25,898 nt of DNA from the IMG/VR virus record IMGVR_UViG_3300033475_000132, positions 1 through 25,898 of that record, one strand, 5' to 3'. Source of the DNA: a virus (lineage: Duplodnaviria; Caudoviricetes). This document shows, one piece after another, positions 1 to 8,105 of this stretch (positions within the stretch are counted from its first letter, which is position 1; each line of letters opens with the position of its first letter). The translations under genes were made by a program, and so were the position numbers. The notes under the pieces were generated by a model that saw nothing but the letters and a program-made list of their open reading frames with translations, did not search any database and was not told the DNA's origin.

Positions 1-435
1 GCCATTGAACTCATGAAGCAGGTGAGAGACGAGGGCAAGAAGCTGGATATGACTGGATGGCAGCAAAGCGACACACCAGCTAAAGATTTTCATACTTGCG
101 GCACTGCATGTTGTTTTGGAGGATGGTTAGCCATTAGTCCTAAATTCAAACAAGACGGCGGCAGGATTGGTTGTTTTGGCGCTCCTATGTTCGGAGAAGA
201 TATTCTTGGGCTTGGCTTCCAACATCATCAAGAATATCTTCTCCATGATGTTGGAAGCCAAGCCATTGCCAACTATTTGGAAATAGATGAAGACGCTAGC
301 GATAATCTATGTGCAATTATTTGTTTATTTCCAACTATTCCGAATGAATTCTATGCTCATAGATTGGAGACAGAAGACATCACTCCCGATGACGTTATCA
401 ACGCCCTTCAAACTATCTTAAACAGTGAGGAATAA
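1..435 (+). CDS. Hypothetical phage protein with CGTACCFGGW motif, probably 5'-truncated by the window edge
   Basis: The frame is open from base 1 (GCC ATT GAA CTC ATG). CGTxxCxxGW motifs recur in phage hypothetical proteins. The stop is followed closely by the next gene. Confidence 0.7.
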   Translation, partial: AIELMKQVRDEGKKLDMTGWQQSDTPAKDFHTCGTACCFGGWLAISPKFKQDGGRIGCFGAPMFGEDILGLGFQHHQEYLLHDVGSQAIANYLEIDEDASDNLCAIICLFPTIPNEFYAHRLETEDITPDDVINALQTILNSEE

Positions 436-438
436 TAA

Positions 439-651
439 ATGGACAGAAAATCCTACAGCAAGCGGCGAGAAACCAATCTATGGCGTATTGTTGATGACGA
501 GATTATCAGCCTGCGAATAAAAATACTTAGGGGTGATTTGGTAGGATTTAAAGCTCCATATCAAGAAGATTTGGTCTATGCACTAACACGGGATATCGCA
601 GATAAAGTTTGCGCTGAATATCGTAAAAGTTATGCACCGGAGAAAAAATAA
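439..651 (+). CDS. Hypothetical protein (70 aa)
   Basis: GAGGA SD upstream; tight operon spacing. Confidence 0.7.
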   Translation: MDRKSYSKRRETNLWRIVDDEIISLRIKILRGDLVGFKAPYQEDLVYALTRDIADKVCAEYRKSYAPEKK

Positions 652-653
652 TC

Positions 654-1340
654 ATGGCTAAATCCACAGGTAGAAAAGACAAACTAAGAAGCCTTATCCA
701 AACCCGCTGTGATCTGGCATTAGAAGCTATACAGGAAAGCCCAAGAACTCCCGTTGAGATAGGCCAATACCTTGCCCGGCATGGCCATCATCTCAACTCG
801 CGTGAACTTGACTGGGTGCGGCAGATACTTCGGAAAGAAGGAAAAATTAAATTCCAGAAATTGTCAAAGAGATGGGTAGCCATTGAAAACCCTAACATCA
901 TCCAGAGAGCATCGCCAAAAGCCTACATCCCGCATGAAACCTTACAACGCAGGGCGGAGATTGTCGAGCTATGCCGCGAGATGAAAACCGCTAAAACCCT
1001 ATCAAAACTGGTCGGAATAGCTATATCATCCATACACGACCACATGAAAACGCTGATCAAGCTGGAATATGTCCAGCGTATCGAGAAAGCCTTCAAGAGC
1101 GGTGGAAACTGGGCACACGGCTTTATTACGATTATTGACCATCCGTTTGAAGTGCCTGAATACAAACCTCAATTTAACCCTATGCAACAAGGACTTAATC
1201 CACAACTTTGTGCCTTAATGGGTTACACTAATCACATTCCCCCAACGGGCAGACATATCAAAGAAACCATGCCGGATATTCCCTTGAGAAAGTTCAAGAT
1301 GACGATCGGCAATGGTAGTTATGGGCTGGAGGGTATTTGA
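654..1340 (+). CDS. Putative DNA-binding protein with two winged-HTH-like segments
   Basis: GGAG SD upstream. Segments LALEAIQESPRTPVEIGQYL...LRKEGKI and RRAEIVELCREMKTAKTLSKLVGIAISSIHDHMKTLIKLEYV each fit a wHTH pattern. Confidence 0.65.
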   Translation: MAKSTGRKDKLRSLIQTRCDLALEAIQESPRTPVEIGQYLARHGHHLNSRELDWVRQILRKEGKIKFQKLSKRWVAIENPNIIQRASPKAYIPHETLQRRAEIVELCREMKTAKTLSKLVGIAISSIHDHMKTLIKLEYVQRIEKAFKSGGNWAHGFITIIDHPFEVPEYKPQFNPMQQGLNPQLCALMGYTNHIPPTGRHIKETMPDIPLRKFKMTIGNGSYGLEGI

Positions 1341-1555
1341 TGAAACTCTGTAAAGATTGTAAGCATTGTGAAGCTGGACAAACTTCAGATTTCACAAAAT
1401 GCTTTAAGAACACAGAAAAGCGTATTAATCTCATTTCTGGTGAAGCTCTAAAATCTATGGTTATGTATTGCCATACTCATAGAGGTGCTGGGTGGCTAGA
1501 TGCAAGGCTTCACAATCTGTGCGGCAAAGAAGGCCGCTGGTATGAGCCTAAATGA
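1337..1555 (+). CDS. Small Cys-rich (putative Zn-binding) phage protein
   Basis: CKDCKHC...C...C...CG.EGRWYE pattern; GGAGG SD; overlaps the previous stop codon. Confidence 0.75.
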   Translation: MMKLCKDCKHCEAGQTSDFTKCFKNTEKRINLISGEALKSMVMYCHTHRGAGWLDARLHNLCGKEGRWYEPK

Positions 1556-1734
1556 CCTTCCCTCGGTATTACTACAGCCGAAACCCATTAGACATTTTAA
1601 TTGAACAAGAGAACCGAACCTGTAAAGGCTGTGTCCATGAAAAAAAGTACACCATAGCAAACCATCCATTCGTAATCTGTCTAAAAGGCAAAGCACAAGG
1701 CAAACGCTGTAAACTATATAACTCAGGGGGATAA
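1552..1734 (+). CDS. Small Cys-rich hypothetical protein
   Basis: CKGCVH...C...RC pattern; ATGA overlap with the previous gene; abuts the next gene. Confidence 0.7.
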   Translation: MTFPRYYYSRNPLDILIEQENRTCKGCVHEKKYTIANHPFVICLKGKAQGKRCKLYNSGG

Positions 1735-2130
1735 ATGGGCTGGCGCGAAGATACACAAGACCGTTTGCACAATTGGTGCAGAGTTTACAGAAATTACCCT
1801 CACTGGCAAGCTTGTAGAAGCCTGGAAGGCCGTTATATTCCCGAACGGGTAGCAGATGAGCTGCCACAAGCAAAACGTGCCGTAGCAGATCACAAGGACG
1901 CTGCATTACTGGAATCAATTCTCACTAGTAAAACCTTCCCCGATGTCGGACGAAGAGTCATCGTTTATGCTTACATCACGCCCAAAGGAAACCTTGACGG
2001 CTGGCTCCGCAAGCTCCGCAAGCTTTACGGTTATCGTTTGCATGGCAATTTTGATGAACACCAGCGCAAATATGAAGACATGGTATATAACCGTTTAATA
2101 ATGCTTGACAGGGCTACATATATTCTTTAG
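1735..2130 (+). CDS. Late-gene antiterminator Q-like protein
   Basis: N-terminal RLxNWxR motif, 131 aa. It is the last gene before a strong promoter/terminator pair and the packaging genes, which is the position of lambdoid Q. Confidence 0.6.
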   Translation: MGWREDTQDRLHNWCRVYRNYPHWQACRSLEGRYIPERVADELPQAKRAVADHKDAALLESILTSKTFPDVGRRVIVYAYITPKGNLDGWLRKLRKLYGYRLHGNFDEHQRKYEDMVYNRLIMLDRATYIL

Positions 2131-2133
2131 TAT
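2105..2133 (+). promoter_or_regulatory. Sigma70 late promoter (pR'-like): TTGACA-17 bp-TAGTAT
   Basis: Perfect -35 TTGACA at 2105-2110, 17-nt spacer, -10 TAGTAT at 2128-2133. It overlaps the 3' end of the Q-like gene. Confidence 0.85.
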
Positions 2134-2209
2134 TAAAGGCAATTAGAGATTTTGCCGTCATTCGACGTGATACTTGGCCTTTAAGGAGGGCCGAGCTTTC
2201 ACTAAATCA

Positions 2210-2232
2210 GGCCAGCTTCGCGCTGGCTTTTT
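2210..2232 (+). terminator. Intrinsic terminator (tR'-like) in the late leader
   Basis: Stem-loop GGCCAGC-TTCGC-GCTGGCT followed by a T run, about 70-90 nt downstream of the late promoter. Confidence 0.8.
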
Positions 2233-2250
2233 CATTTCCGAAAGGCTTAT

Positions 2251-2466
2251 ATGGCTAAACTCACCAGCAAGAAGCGCAGCAAGCTATCCGACAGTGAATT
2301 CGGCCTTCCTTCGGAACGCAAATATCCAATGCCTAACAAGGCTCACGCCGTAAACGCCAAGGCCAGAGCAACACAGATGGAACAAAGAGGCCTGTTGTCT
2401 CCTTCTCAAAAAGACACTATCGACACCAAGGCCAACAAAGTCATCAGAAACAAAACCAGACACTAA
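2251..2466 (+). CDS. Small basic phage protein (DUF6582-like)
   Basis: FGLPxERKYPMPxKAHAxNAKARA motif; AAGG SD; first gene of the late operon. Confidence 0.75.
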   Translation: MAKLTSKKRSKLSDSEFGLPSERKYPMPNKAHAVNAKARATQMEQRGLLSPSQKDTIDTKANKVIRNKTRH

Positions 2467-2476
2467 GGAGATAATC

Positions 2477-2533
2477 ATGTTCGGCAAGAAATCAAAAGGC
2501 ACCAAGAAACCAGGTCGCGGCGGCAAGAAGTAG
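2477..2533 (+). CDS. 18-aa Lys/Gly-rich peptide MFGKKSKGTKKPGRGGKK (not in the ORF track)
   Basis: Strong SD TAAGGAG 6 nt before the ATG; ends in a triple stop TAG TAA TAG. Confidence 0.7.
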   Translation: MFGKKSKGTKKPGRGGKK

Positions 2534-2625
2534 TAATAGATAAAATCTATCAATAGCGAATAATCCATAGGAACTCGCAACTATGAAACAAACAAATAAT
2601 CAAATTCTTAAAGGTTGACTCAAAA

Positions 2626-2889
2626 ATGGGCGCTCCTTTAGGTAACAAGAACAATACCAAGAACCAGTATTGGTCTGACGCATTAAGAAAACACATCACC
2701 CAAAACCCAAAGGACTTGGCAAGTGCTGCACAGGCTTTGTTCAACAAAGCTAAGGACGGTGACGTGAATGCAATTAAAGAGATTGCTGACCGCTTGGAGG
2801 GTAAACCTATCCAGCGTGTAGAAGGTTCTGGCGAAGACGGTTCATTCATTACCAAGATGGTTGTTCAGCTGGTAGAGCCTAGCAATTAA
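2626..2889 (+). CDS. Terminase small subunit (putative)
   Basis: N-terminal GAPxGNKN motif typical of small terminases; TAATG overlap with terL. Confidence 0.7.
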   Translation: MGAPLGNKNNTKNQYWSDALRKHITQNPKDLASAAQALFNKAKDGDVNAIKEIADRLEGKPIQRVEGSGEDGSFITKMVVQLVEPSN

Positions 2890-4157
2890 TGCATGTCGCT
2901 AATGTTAAGTTCCCTGCAAAACTAGGCTTCCTGTTTTACCCAAAGCGCTACAAGGTAGCTAGGGGCGGACGAGGTTCAGCCAAGTCATGGAGCTTCGCCA
3001 GAGCGTTAATCATATTAGCCAGCCAGGAAAGAAAGCGCATAGCTTGTTTCCGTGAGGTGCAGAAGTCCATTGCTGACTCGGTACATAAGCTACTTGGCGA
3101 TCAAATCCAGATGATGGGCTTGGGTGGTGAATACCAGATCGTCAATGATGCAATCCGCAACCTGAAGAACGGCAGCGAGTTCCTGTTTGCTGGCTTATCC
3201 GACAAGACCGCTGAATCCATCAAGTCGTTTGAAGGCGTAGACATCGCATGGGTGGAAGAAGGCCAAGCCGTCAGTAAGCGTTCATGGTCGATTCTTATAC
3301 CCACTATCCGTAAAGACGATTCGGAAATATGGGTAAGCTACAATCCAGACCTGGAGACGGATGAAACCCATCAACGGTTTACCATCGACCCACCGCCGGA
3401 CTGTATCAGCGTACTGGTCAACTACACGGATAATCCTTGGTTCCCGCAAGTGTTGGAAGCCGAACGCCTGGAATGCAAGCGCAAGTACCCTAAAGACTAC
3501 GCCAACATCTGGGAAGGCAAATGCCGACCAGCAGCAGAAGGTGCGATCTACTATGACGAGATGGAATCCGTTGTAGAGAACAACCAGATTATCAATCTTC
3601 CGTATGACCCAAAGTTAAAAGTCCATGTGGTTGTAGACTTGGGCTGGAATGATGCCATGAGCATTATCCTGGTACAGAAGAACCTGTCCGAGATACGCAT
3701 CATAGATTACATCGAAGATACCCATAGGAAGCTCACAGACTACTCTCAGGAGCTTAAAGACAAGCGTTACAACTGGGGCAAGCTGTTCATCCCGCATGAT
3801 GGGTATAACGAGCGTGTAGAAGCTGCCAGCGCGTACAAGATACTCACTGACCTAGGTTGGGATATTCCGCTCAGGGAAGAGTTGACCGAACTCAATATCG
3901 AGGGCGGCATCAAGGCCACTAGGGAGATATTCCCCAGAACCTACTTCAACAAAGCCAAGACGGCACGTCTAGTCGAATGCCTGAAACGCTATAGACGCGT
4001 CGTACCAAGAAACACCAATGAGCCACGCTCACCGCTTCATGATGAGTTCTCGCACGGCGCAGATGCTTTTAGGTATCTTGCGCTAGCTGAACACATGATG
4101 CGGAACGAAGAGCGCAACTGGAAGCCGATCAAATACTCAAACATGGGAATCGTATAA
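2889..4157 (+). CDS. terL: Terminase large subunit (PBSX/Terminase_3-type)
   Basis: Walker A GGRGSAKS, Walker B IAWVEEG, coupling motif SYNP, nuclease DLG and HGADAFRY motifs. Confidence 0.97.
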   Translation: MHVANVKFPAKLGFLFYPKRYKVARGGRGSAKSWSFARALIILASQERKRIACFREVQKSIADSVHKLLGDQIQMMGLGGEYQIVNDAIRNLKNGSEFLFAGLSDKTAESIKSFEGVDIAWVEEGQAVSKRSWSILIPTIRKDDSEIWVSYNPDLETDETHQRFTIDPPPDCISVLVNYTDNPWFPQVLEAERLECKRKYPKDYANIWEGKCRPAAEGAIYYDEMESVVENNQIINLPYDPKLKVHVVVDLGWNDAMSIILVQKNLSEIRIIDYIEDTHRKLTDYSQELKDKRYNWGKLFIPHDGYNERVEAASAYKILTDLGWDIPLREELTELNIEGGIKATREIFPRTYFNKAKTARLVECLKRYRRVVPRNTNEPRSPLHDEFSHGADAFRYLALAEHMMRNEERNWKPIKYSNMGIV

Positions 4158-6257
4158 GTGGAACCAATGACCGAAGACGAACTGCTAGCCAAGATAGCGC
4201 AGGAGGAACGCACCTCCATGGACTATCTAGGCGGGAGTCTGTCTGACGAACGCTCCGAGAACATGGAACTCTATCTCGGGGACAAGACACGCGAACTCAC
4301 GGCGATAGAAGGTCGGTCATCGGTAGTCTCTATGGATGTGCAGGAAGCCGTGGAATCCATGATGCCGTATCTCATGAAAGTATTCTGTGGTGGCGATGAA
4401 GTTGTCAGGTTTAACCCGGTAGGCCCGGAAGACGTGGAAGGCTCCGAACAAGAGTCGGATTATGTCAATCATGTGGTGGTCAACCAGAACAACTTCTACC
4501 TAGTCGCCACACAGTGGTTCAAGGATGCCTTAATCAACAAGAACGGTTATGTTAAATACTGGTGGGATGAAGCCAAGGAAACCAGCGAGGAATCCTATCA
4601 AGGGCTGACCGACATAGAACTCCAGTTGCTGCTCCAGAATCCAGATGTGGAGCCTATCGCCCACACTAGTTACCCTGATACGACAGATCCAATGGCTCAG
4701 CAAGTCATGCTAGCCGCACAAGCTGGTGACGTGCAAGCGCAGGCCATGCTGGCTCAGATTCCGCAACTGCATGATGTTAAGGTCAGAATCACCAACGTCA
4801 CAGGAAAGGCTTGTATAGAACCTTGTCCATCTGAAGAAATCCTCGTCTCCGCCGATGAGCGCTCACTAGACCCCAATACCACACGTTTCTTTGAACACAG
4901 GCAATGGAAGACCATCTCTGACCTGAGAGAAATGGGCTACGAGGTCGAGGATGATATCTCTGATGACCAGACGACGTTATGGCTGAGCGAGGATTGGCTG
5001 TCACGGCAGGACTTCCCCGAGGAAGAAACCTGGAGAGACGAAACCACCGGAGCGAATCGCAAGGTCATTTACAAGGAAATATACTACAAGGTGGATTATG
5101 ACGGCGACGGCATCGCTGAACGGCGCATGATCTGCATGGTGGGAAGTAAAATCTTCTCCAATGAACAGGTGGATGACGTGGGCTTTGCCGCGATTACCCC
5201 CTACATCATGCCGCATCGACACATTGGTAGAGCTTTAGCGGATTACGTCAAGGATATCCAGGTCATCAAGTCGGTCATCCTGCGGAATGTGCTCGACAAC
5301 TTCTATGCCTCCAATAACGGGCGCTGGGCTATCTCCAACAAGGTCAATCTGGATGATCTGTTAGTCTCGCGCCCAGGTGGAGTGGTGCGGGTAGAAGGCA
5401 ATCCAATGTCCGAGATCATGCCGCTAGTGAATAATCCCATCGGCTCCGCTGCTTTCCCTTTGATGGAGTATCTAGACTCCAACAAGGAAAACCGTACTGG
5501 TATCACCCGTTACAATCAGGGCATGGATGCCAACAGTTTAAATAAGACAGCTTCCGGCATTTCGCAGATCATGAACGCGGCACAGGCCAAACAGGAGCTG
5601 ATCGCCCGTACCTTTGCGGAAACTGGCGTAAAACAGCTATTCTTGGGGATACATGGGTTGCTGTTGAAGCATGCCAAGAAGGAACAAATCGCCCGTTTGA
5701 ACAACAAATGGGTGCCGGTAGACCCTAGGCAGTGGAAAACCCGCACCGATATGACCGTATCCGTAGGATTGGGGACTGGCAACAAGCAGGAAATGCTCGG
5801 TCATATCATGAGTATCCTGGGAGTTCAGCAACAGGCGTTACAGATCAATGTCGCCACCCCCAAGAACATCTACGAATCATGCGTGGAACTCACCAAGAAT
5901 GCAGGCTTCAAGGATGTGGACAAATACTGGACAAATCCAGAAACCATCCCACCAAAACCGCAGCAAGCAGACCCCAAAGTCATGCAAGACCAGCAACAAT
6001 TCCAGTTCGACCAGCAGAAAGCCGCTGCCGATTATCACCAGAAACAGCAACAAATGCAGATGGACTACGAACTCAAGCAGCAACAGATGCAACAGGACTT
6101 GCAGATCGAACGCGACAAGATGCTCAAGGAAATCGCCATCCAGCGGGAAAAAGTCATGGCGGAAGTGCAGATCGAACGCGAACGGTTAGGACTTGAGGCA
6201 GTGGGACTAGCCCATGCCTCCAGAAACCAGATTAACGGCGGGATAACAGGCTTTTAA
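4158..6257 (+). CDS. Portal protein (podophage type) with Gln-rich C-terminal coiled-coil barrel
   Basis: 699 aa directly after terL. Motifs GRSSVVSxDV, FKDALINKNGYVK, DYDGDGIAE, PGGVVRV, NKTASGI, VSVGLG. GTG start. Confidence 0.93.
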   Translation: MEPMTEDELLAKIAQEERTSMDYLGGSLSDERSENMELYLGDKTRELTAIEGRSSVVSMDVQEAVESMMPYLMKVFCGGDEVVRFNPVGPEDVEGSEQESDYVNHVVVNQNNFYLVATQWFKDALINKNGYVKYWWDEAKETSEESYQGLTDIELQLLLQNPDVEPIAHTSYPDTTDPMAQQVMLAAQAGDVQAQAMLAQIPQLHDVKVRITNVTGKACIEPCPSEEILVSADERSLDPNTTRFFEHRQWKTISDLREMGYEVEDDISDDQTTLWLSEDWLSRQDFPEEETWRDETTGANRKVIYKEIYYKVDYDGDGIAERRMICMVGSKIFSNEQVDDVGFAAITPYIMPHRHIGRALADYVKDIQVIKSVILRNVLDNFYASNNGRWAISNKVNLDDLLVSRPGGVVRVEGNPMSEIMPLVNNPIGSAAFPLMEYLDSNKENRTGITRYNQGMDANSLNKTASGISQIMNAAQAKQELIARTFAETGVKQLFLGIHGLLLKHAKKEQIARLNNKWVPVDPRQWKTRTDMTVSVGLGTGNKQEMLGHIMSILGVQQQALQINVATPKNIYESCVELTKNAGFKDVDKYWTNPETIPPKPQQADPKVMQDQQQFQFDQQKAAADYHQKQQQMQMDYELKQQQMQQDLQIERDKMLKEIAIQREKVMAEVQIERERLGLEAVGLAHASRNQINGGITGF

Positions 6258-6267
6258 GGAGAAGCAA

Positions 6268-6750
6268 ATGGCGCTAAATGCTGAATTAGTCAAGGTCACC
6301 GGGTTCGCGGATGGAGTTGCGCCAGGCTCCGCGCATACCGCGGACAAAGTAATCGTCAATGGTGACGTGTTGTTTACCGTTTACGGCGGCCCCGTTCTCA
6401 TTGATGAGATTCTATCGGTGTGTATCTCGGCCAATGATGCGACTGCTTCTACTTTGCAATACAGCTCGACACCGACTATCGGCTCGGCTACGGCAATTTC
6501 CGGCGCTACCGCCTCGTTAGCCAGCGCAACCGCTGGCACTACTATCCGCCTAGCCCCTACCGCATTAAGCACCGCCCCTGTCATTTCAGCGGCCTCTGCT
6601 GGCGGTGTGCAGCTTGGTACTAATGTCTCCAATCGCATCGTGGTCAATGACGGAACTATCAAAGCGGTGGTCGGTGTTGGTTCAACCACTGGACAATGGC
6701 GGCATTACATCCGTTACTATCCATTAACTGTCGGGGCAACGGTACGATGA
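6268..6750 (+). CDS. Ser/Thr/Ala/Gly-rich putative virion surface (decoration-like) protein
   Basis: Strong TAAGGAG SD; 160 aa with beta-rich composition and about 22% Ser+Thr by hand count; located in the head module. Confidence 0.6.
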   Translation: MALNAELVKVTGFADGVAPGSAHTADKVIVNGDVLFTVYGGPVLIDEILSVCISANDATASTLQYSSTPTIGSATAISGATASLASATAGTTIRLAPTALSTAPVISAASAGGVQLGTNVSNRIVVNDGTIKAVVGVGSTTGQWRHYIRYYPLTVGATVR

Positions 6751-7031
6751 GCCTGGAGCAGCAAGTCTCTAACGGCGCAAATGCAGACAGGTTGATGCAA
6801 GAGCTTCAGCCGCATCTTTTAAGCGTGCAGCAAGCGATTGTGCAAGCGTGGGAAGCCTCTCCGGTAGGAGATATTGAAGGACAACACGAACTCCGGTTGA
6901 TGCGAAAGTTATTAAACGACTTGGAAGCCAACATTCATAGAACTATTCATGACGGCAAACTCGCCCGTATCGAGATTGAACGTGATTCCATCATGGATAA
7001 GGCGAAAGTCGCTTTCCGTAAATTCAGATAG
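6747..7031 (+). CDS. Small helical head-module protein (between portal and scaffold)
   Basis: Start reassigned from 6696 to ATG 6747 because of the ATGA overlap with the upstream stop. 94 aa, amphipathic helices. Confidence 0.75.
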   Translation: MSLEQQVSNGANADRLMQELQPHLLSVQQAIVQAWEASPVGDIEGQHELRLMRKLLNDLEANIHRTIHDGKLARIEIERDSIMDKAKVAFRKFR

Positions 7032-7033
7032 TA

Positions 7034-7117
7034 TCCGGCTGTCGCACAATCAGCCAGGAAACGTAACAATCATTGTGCATAAACGTCGAGAGACGCTGTT
7101 CTCTAGGACGCTAGAGA
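7034..7117 (+). promoter_or_regulatory. Structured RNA leader of the scaffold gene (pseudoknot, GNRA hairpin, stem-loop)
   Basis: Stem 7034-7041/7051-7059. Loop GCACAAT (7044-7050) is complementary to ATTGTGC (7072-7078). CGTC-GAGA-GACG hairpin at 7084-7095 and TCTCTAG-GACG-CTAGAGA at 7100-7117. Confidence 0.6.
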
Positions 7118-7139
7118 CCGACCCTTTAGGAGTAAACCA

Positions 7140-8075
7140 ATGAGTGACCAAGCCCCAGAGCAGTCGCCAGTAGAAGCAGAAGCAAGCATTGAAGAACGTC
7201 TGCTGAATTACCTCAATCCAGAGGTAGCAGAAGAAGCCGCCCCGCAAGATACCGGAGAAGAAGCTCCAGAAGCCGAAGAAGTAGACACTCAAGAGACTGA
7301 GCCAGTCGAAGCCGAAGCGGAAGAAGCCGAGCCCGACCTTGTTGAGATCGAGGTAGATGGTGAGAAATACCAGGTTCCAGAATCCCTGAAATCACACATC
7401 ATGCTACAGGCGGATTACACCCGTAAGACGCAAGAAGTCGCCGAGCAGCGCAAAGGACTGGAACAAGGCTGGCAACAGCTGCAACAGGCCGCCGAGTTGC
7501 AACAGGCAGCACTTGCCGAATACGCACAATTAAGTAATCTGGATAGCCAGCTACAGTCTTTTCAGGCCGTAGACTGGAACTCATTGTATGACCGCGATCC
7601 GGCAGAGTTTGTCCGGCTGAAAGAAGCCCGGAGAGATTTGCTCGACCAGCGCCAGAACCTTACGGTGAATATCCAGAGCAAACAGCAGGAACAGTACCAG
7701 CAGCAACAGCAAGCGCGTAGCAAGGCTATCGAAGAAGGGGTGAAGGTACTGACAAGGGAGATTCCAAGCTGGAACAACGACCTTGCCAAGACCCTCAACC
7801 AGTTCGCTACCGAGAAACTAGGATTTACCCCAGATGAGGTAAATACCGTAATCGACCCGCGCATGGTGAAACTGCTGCACAAGGCTTATCTCTATGACAA
7901 GTCGCAAAGCAACAAGCCGCTGACGGACAAGCGTGTCTCCAATTTACCTAAGGTTTCCAAACCCGGTGGCCCGAAGACGCAAACCGTCAACCAGTCACGC
8001 GAGCAAGAGGCCCGCAAGCTCCTGAAGAAGACCGGAGACCCCGAGGCATATTTCCTCGCTAAATATTCAAAGTAA
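7140..8075 (+). CDS. Capsid scaffolding protein
   Basis: AGGAG SD; very acidic N-terminus, DYTRKTQEVAEQRK motif, Gln-rich coiled coil, basic C-terminus; immediately upstream of the capsid gene. Confidence 0.9.
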   Translation: MSDQAPEQSPVEAEASIEERLLNYLNPEVAEEAAPQDTGEEAPEAEEVDTQETEPVEAEAEEAEPDLVEIEVDGEKYQVPESLKSHIMLQADYTRKTQEVAEQRKGLEQGWQQLQQAAELQQAALAEYAQLSNLDSQLQSFQAVDWNSLYDRDPAEFVRLKEARRDLLDQRQNLTVNIQSKQQEQYQQQQQARSKAIEEGVKVLTREIPSWNNDLAKTLNQFATEKLGFTPDEVNTVIDPRMVKLLHKAYLYDKSQSNKPLTDKRVSNLPKVSKPGGPKTQTVNQSREQEARKLLKKTGDPEAYFLAKYSK

Positions 8076-8090
8076 ACGCCGTGAGGCGCT
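8073..8090 (+). repeat. Second copy of the 18-nt GNRA hairpin motif TAAACGYCGWGAGRCGCT (first copy 7080-7097)
   Basis: 15/18 identity; two of the three differences are a compensatory T-A to C-G pair and the third keeps the GNRA loop. Confidence 0.75.
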
Positions 8091-8105
8091 ACGAAAGGAA
8101 AACAC

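Noticed and set aside
2583-2618. 11-aa ORF MKQTNNQILKG upstream of terS
   Set aside because: Marginal SD spacing in AT-rich DNA and no supporting features; a pac site in this region also cannot be identified from sequence alone.
5732-6196. Two alternative-frame + strand ORFs (154 aa and 113 aa) inside the portal 3' end
   Set aside because: CAG/CAA-rich Gln coding is T-poor and so lacks stops in other frames; the products look like frame-shift artefacts.
7034-7100. Possible pistol ribozyme (hairpin-loop pseudoknot followed by a hairpin)
   Set aside because: Topology is superficially similar, but the conserved GCG after the pseudoknot and the GU cleavage site are missing. Kept only as a generic structured leader.
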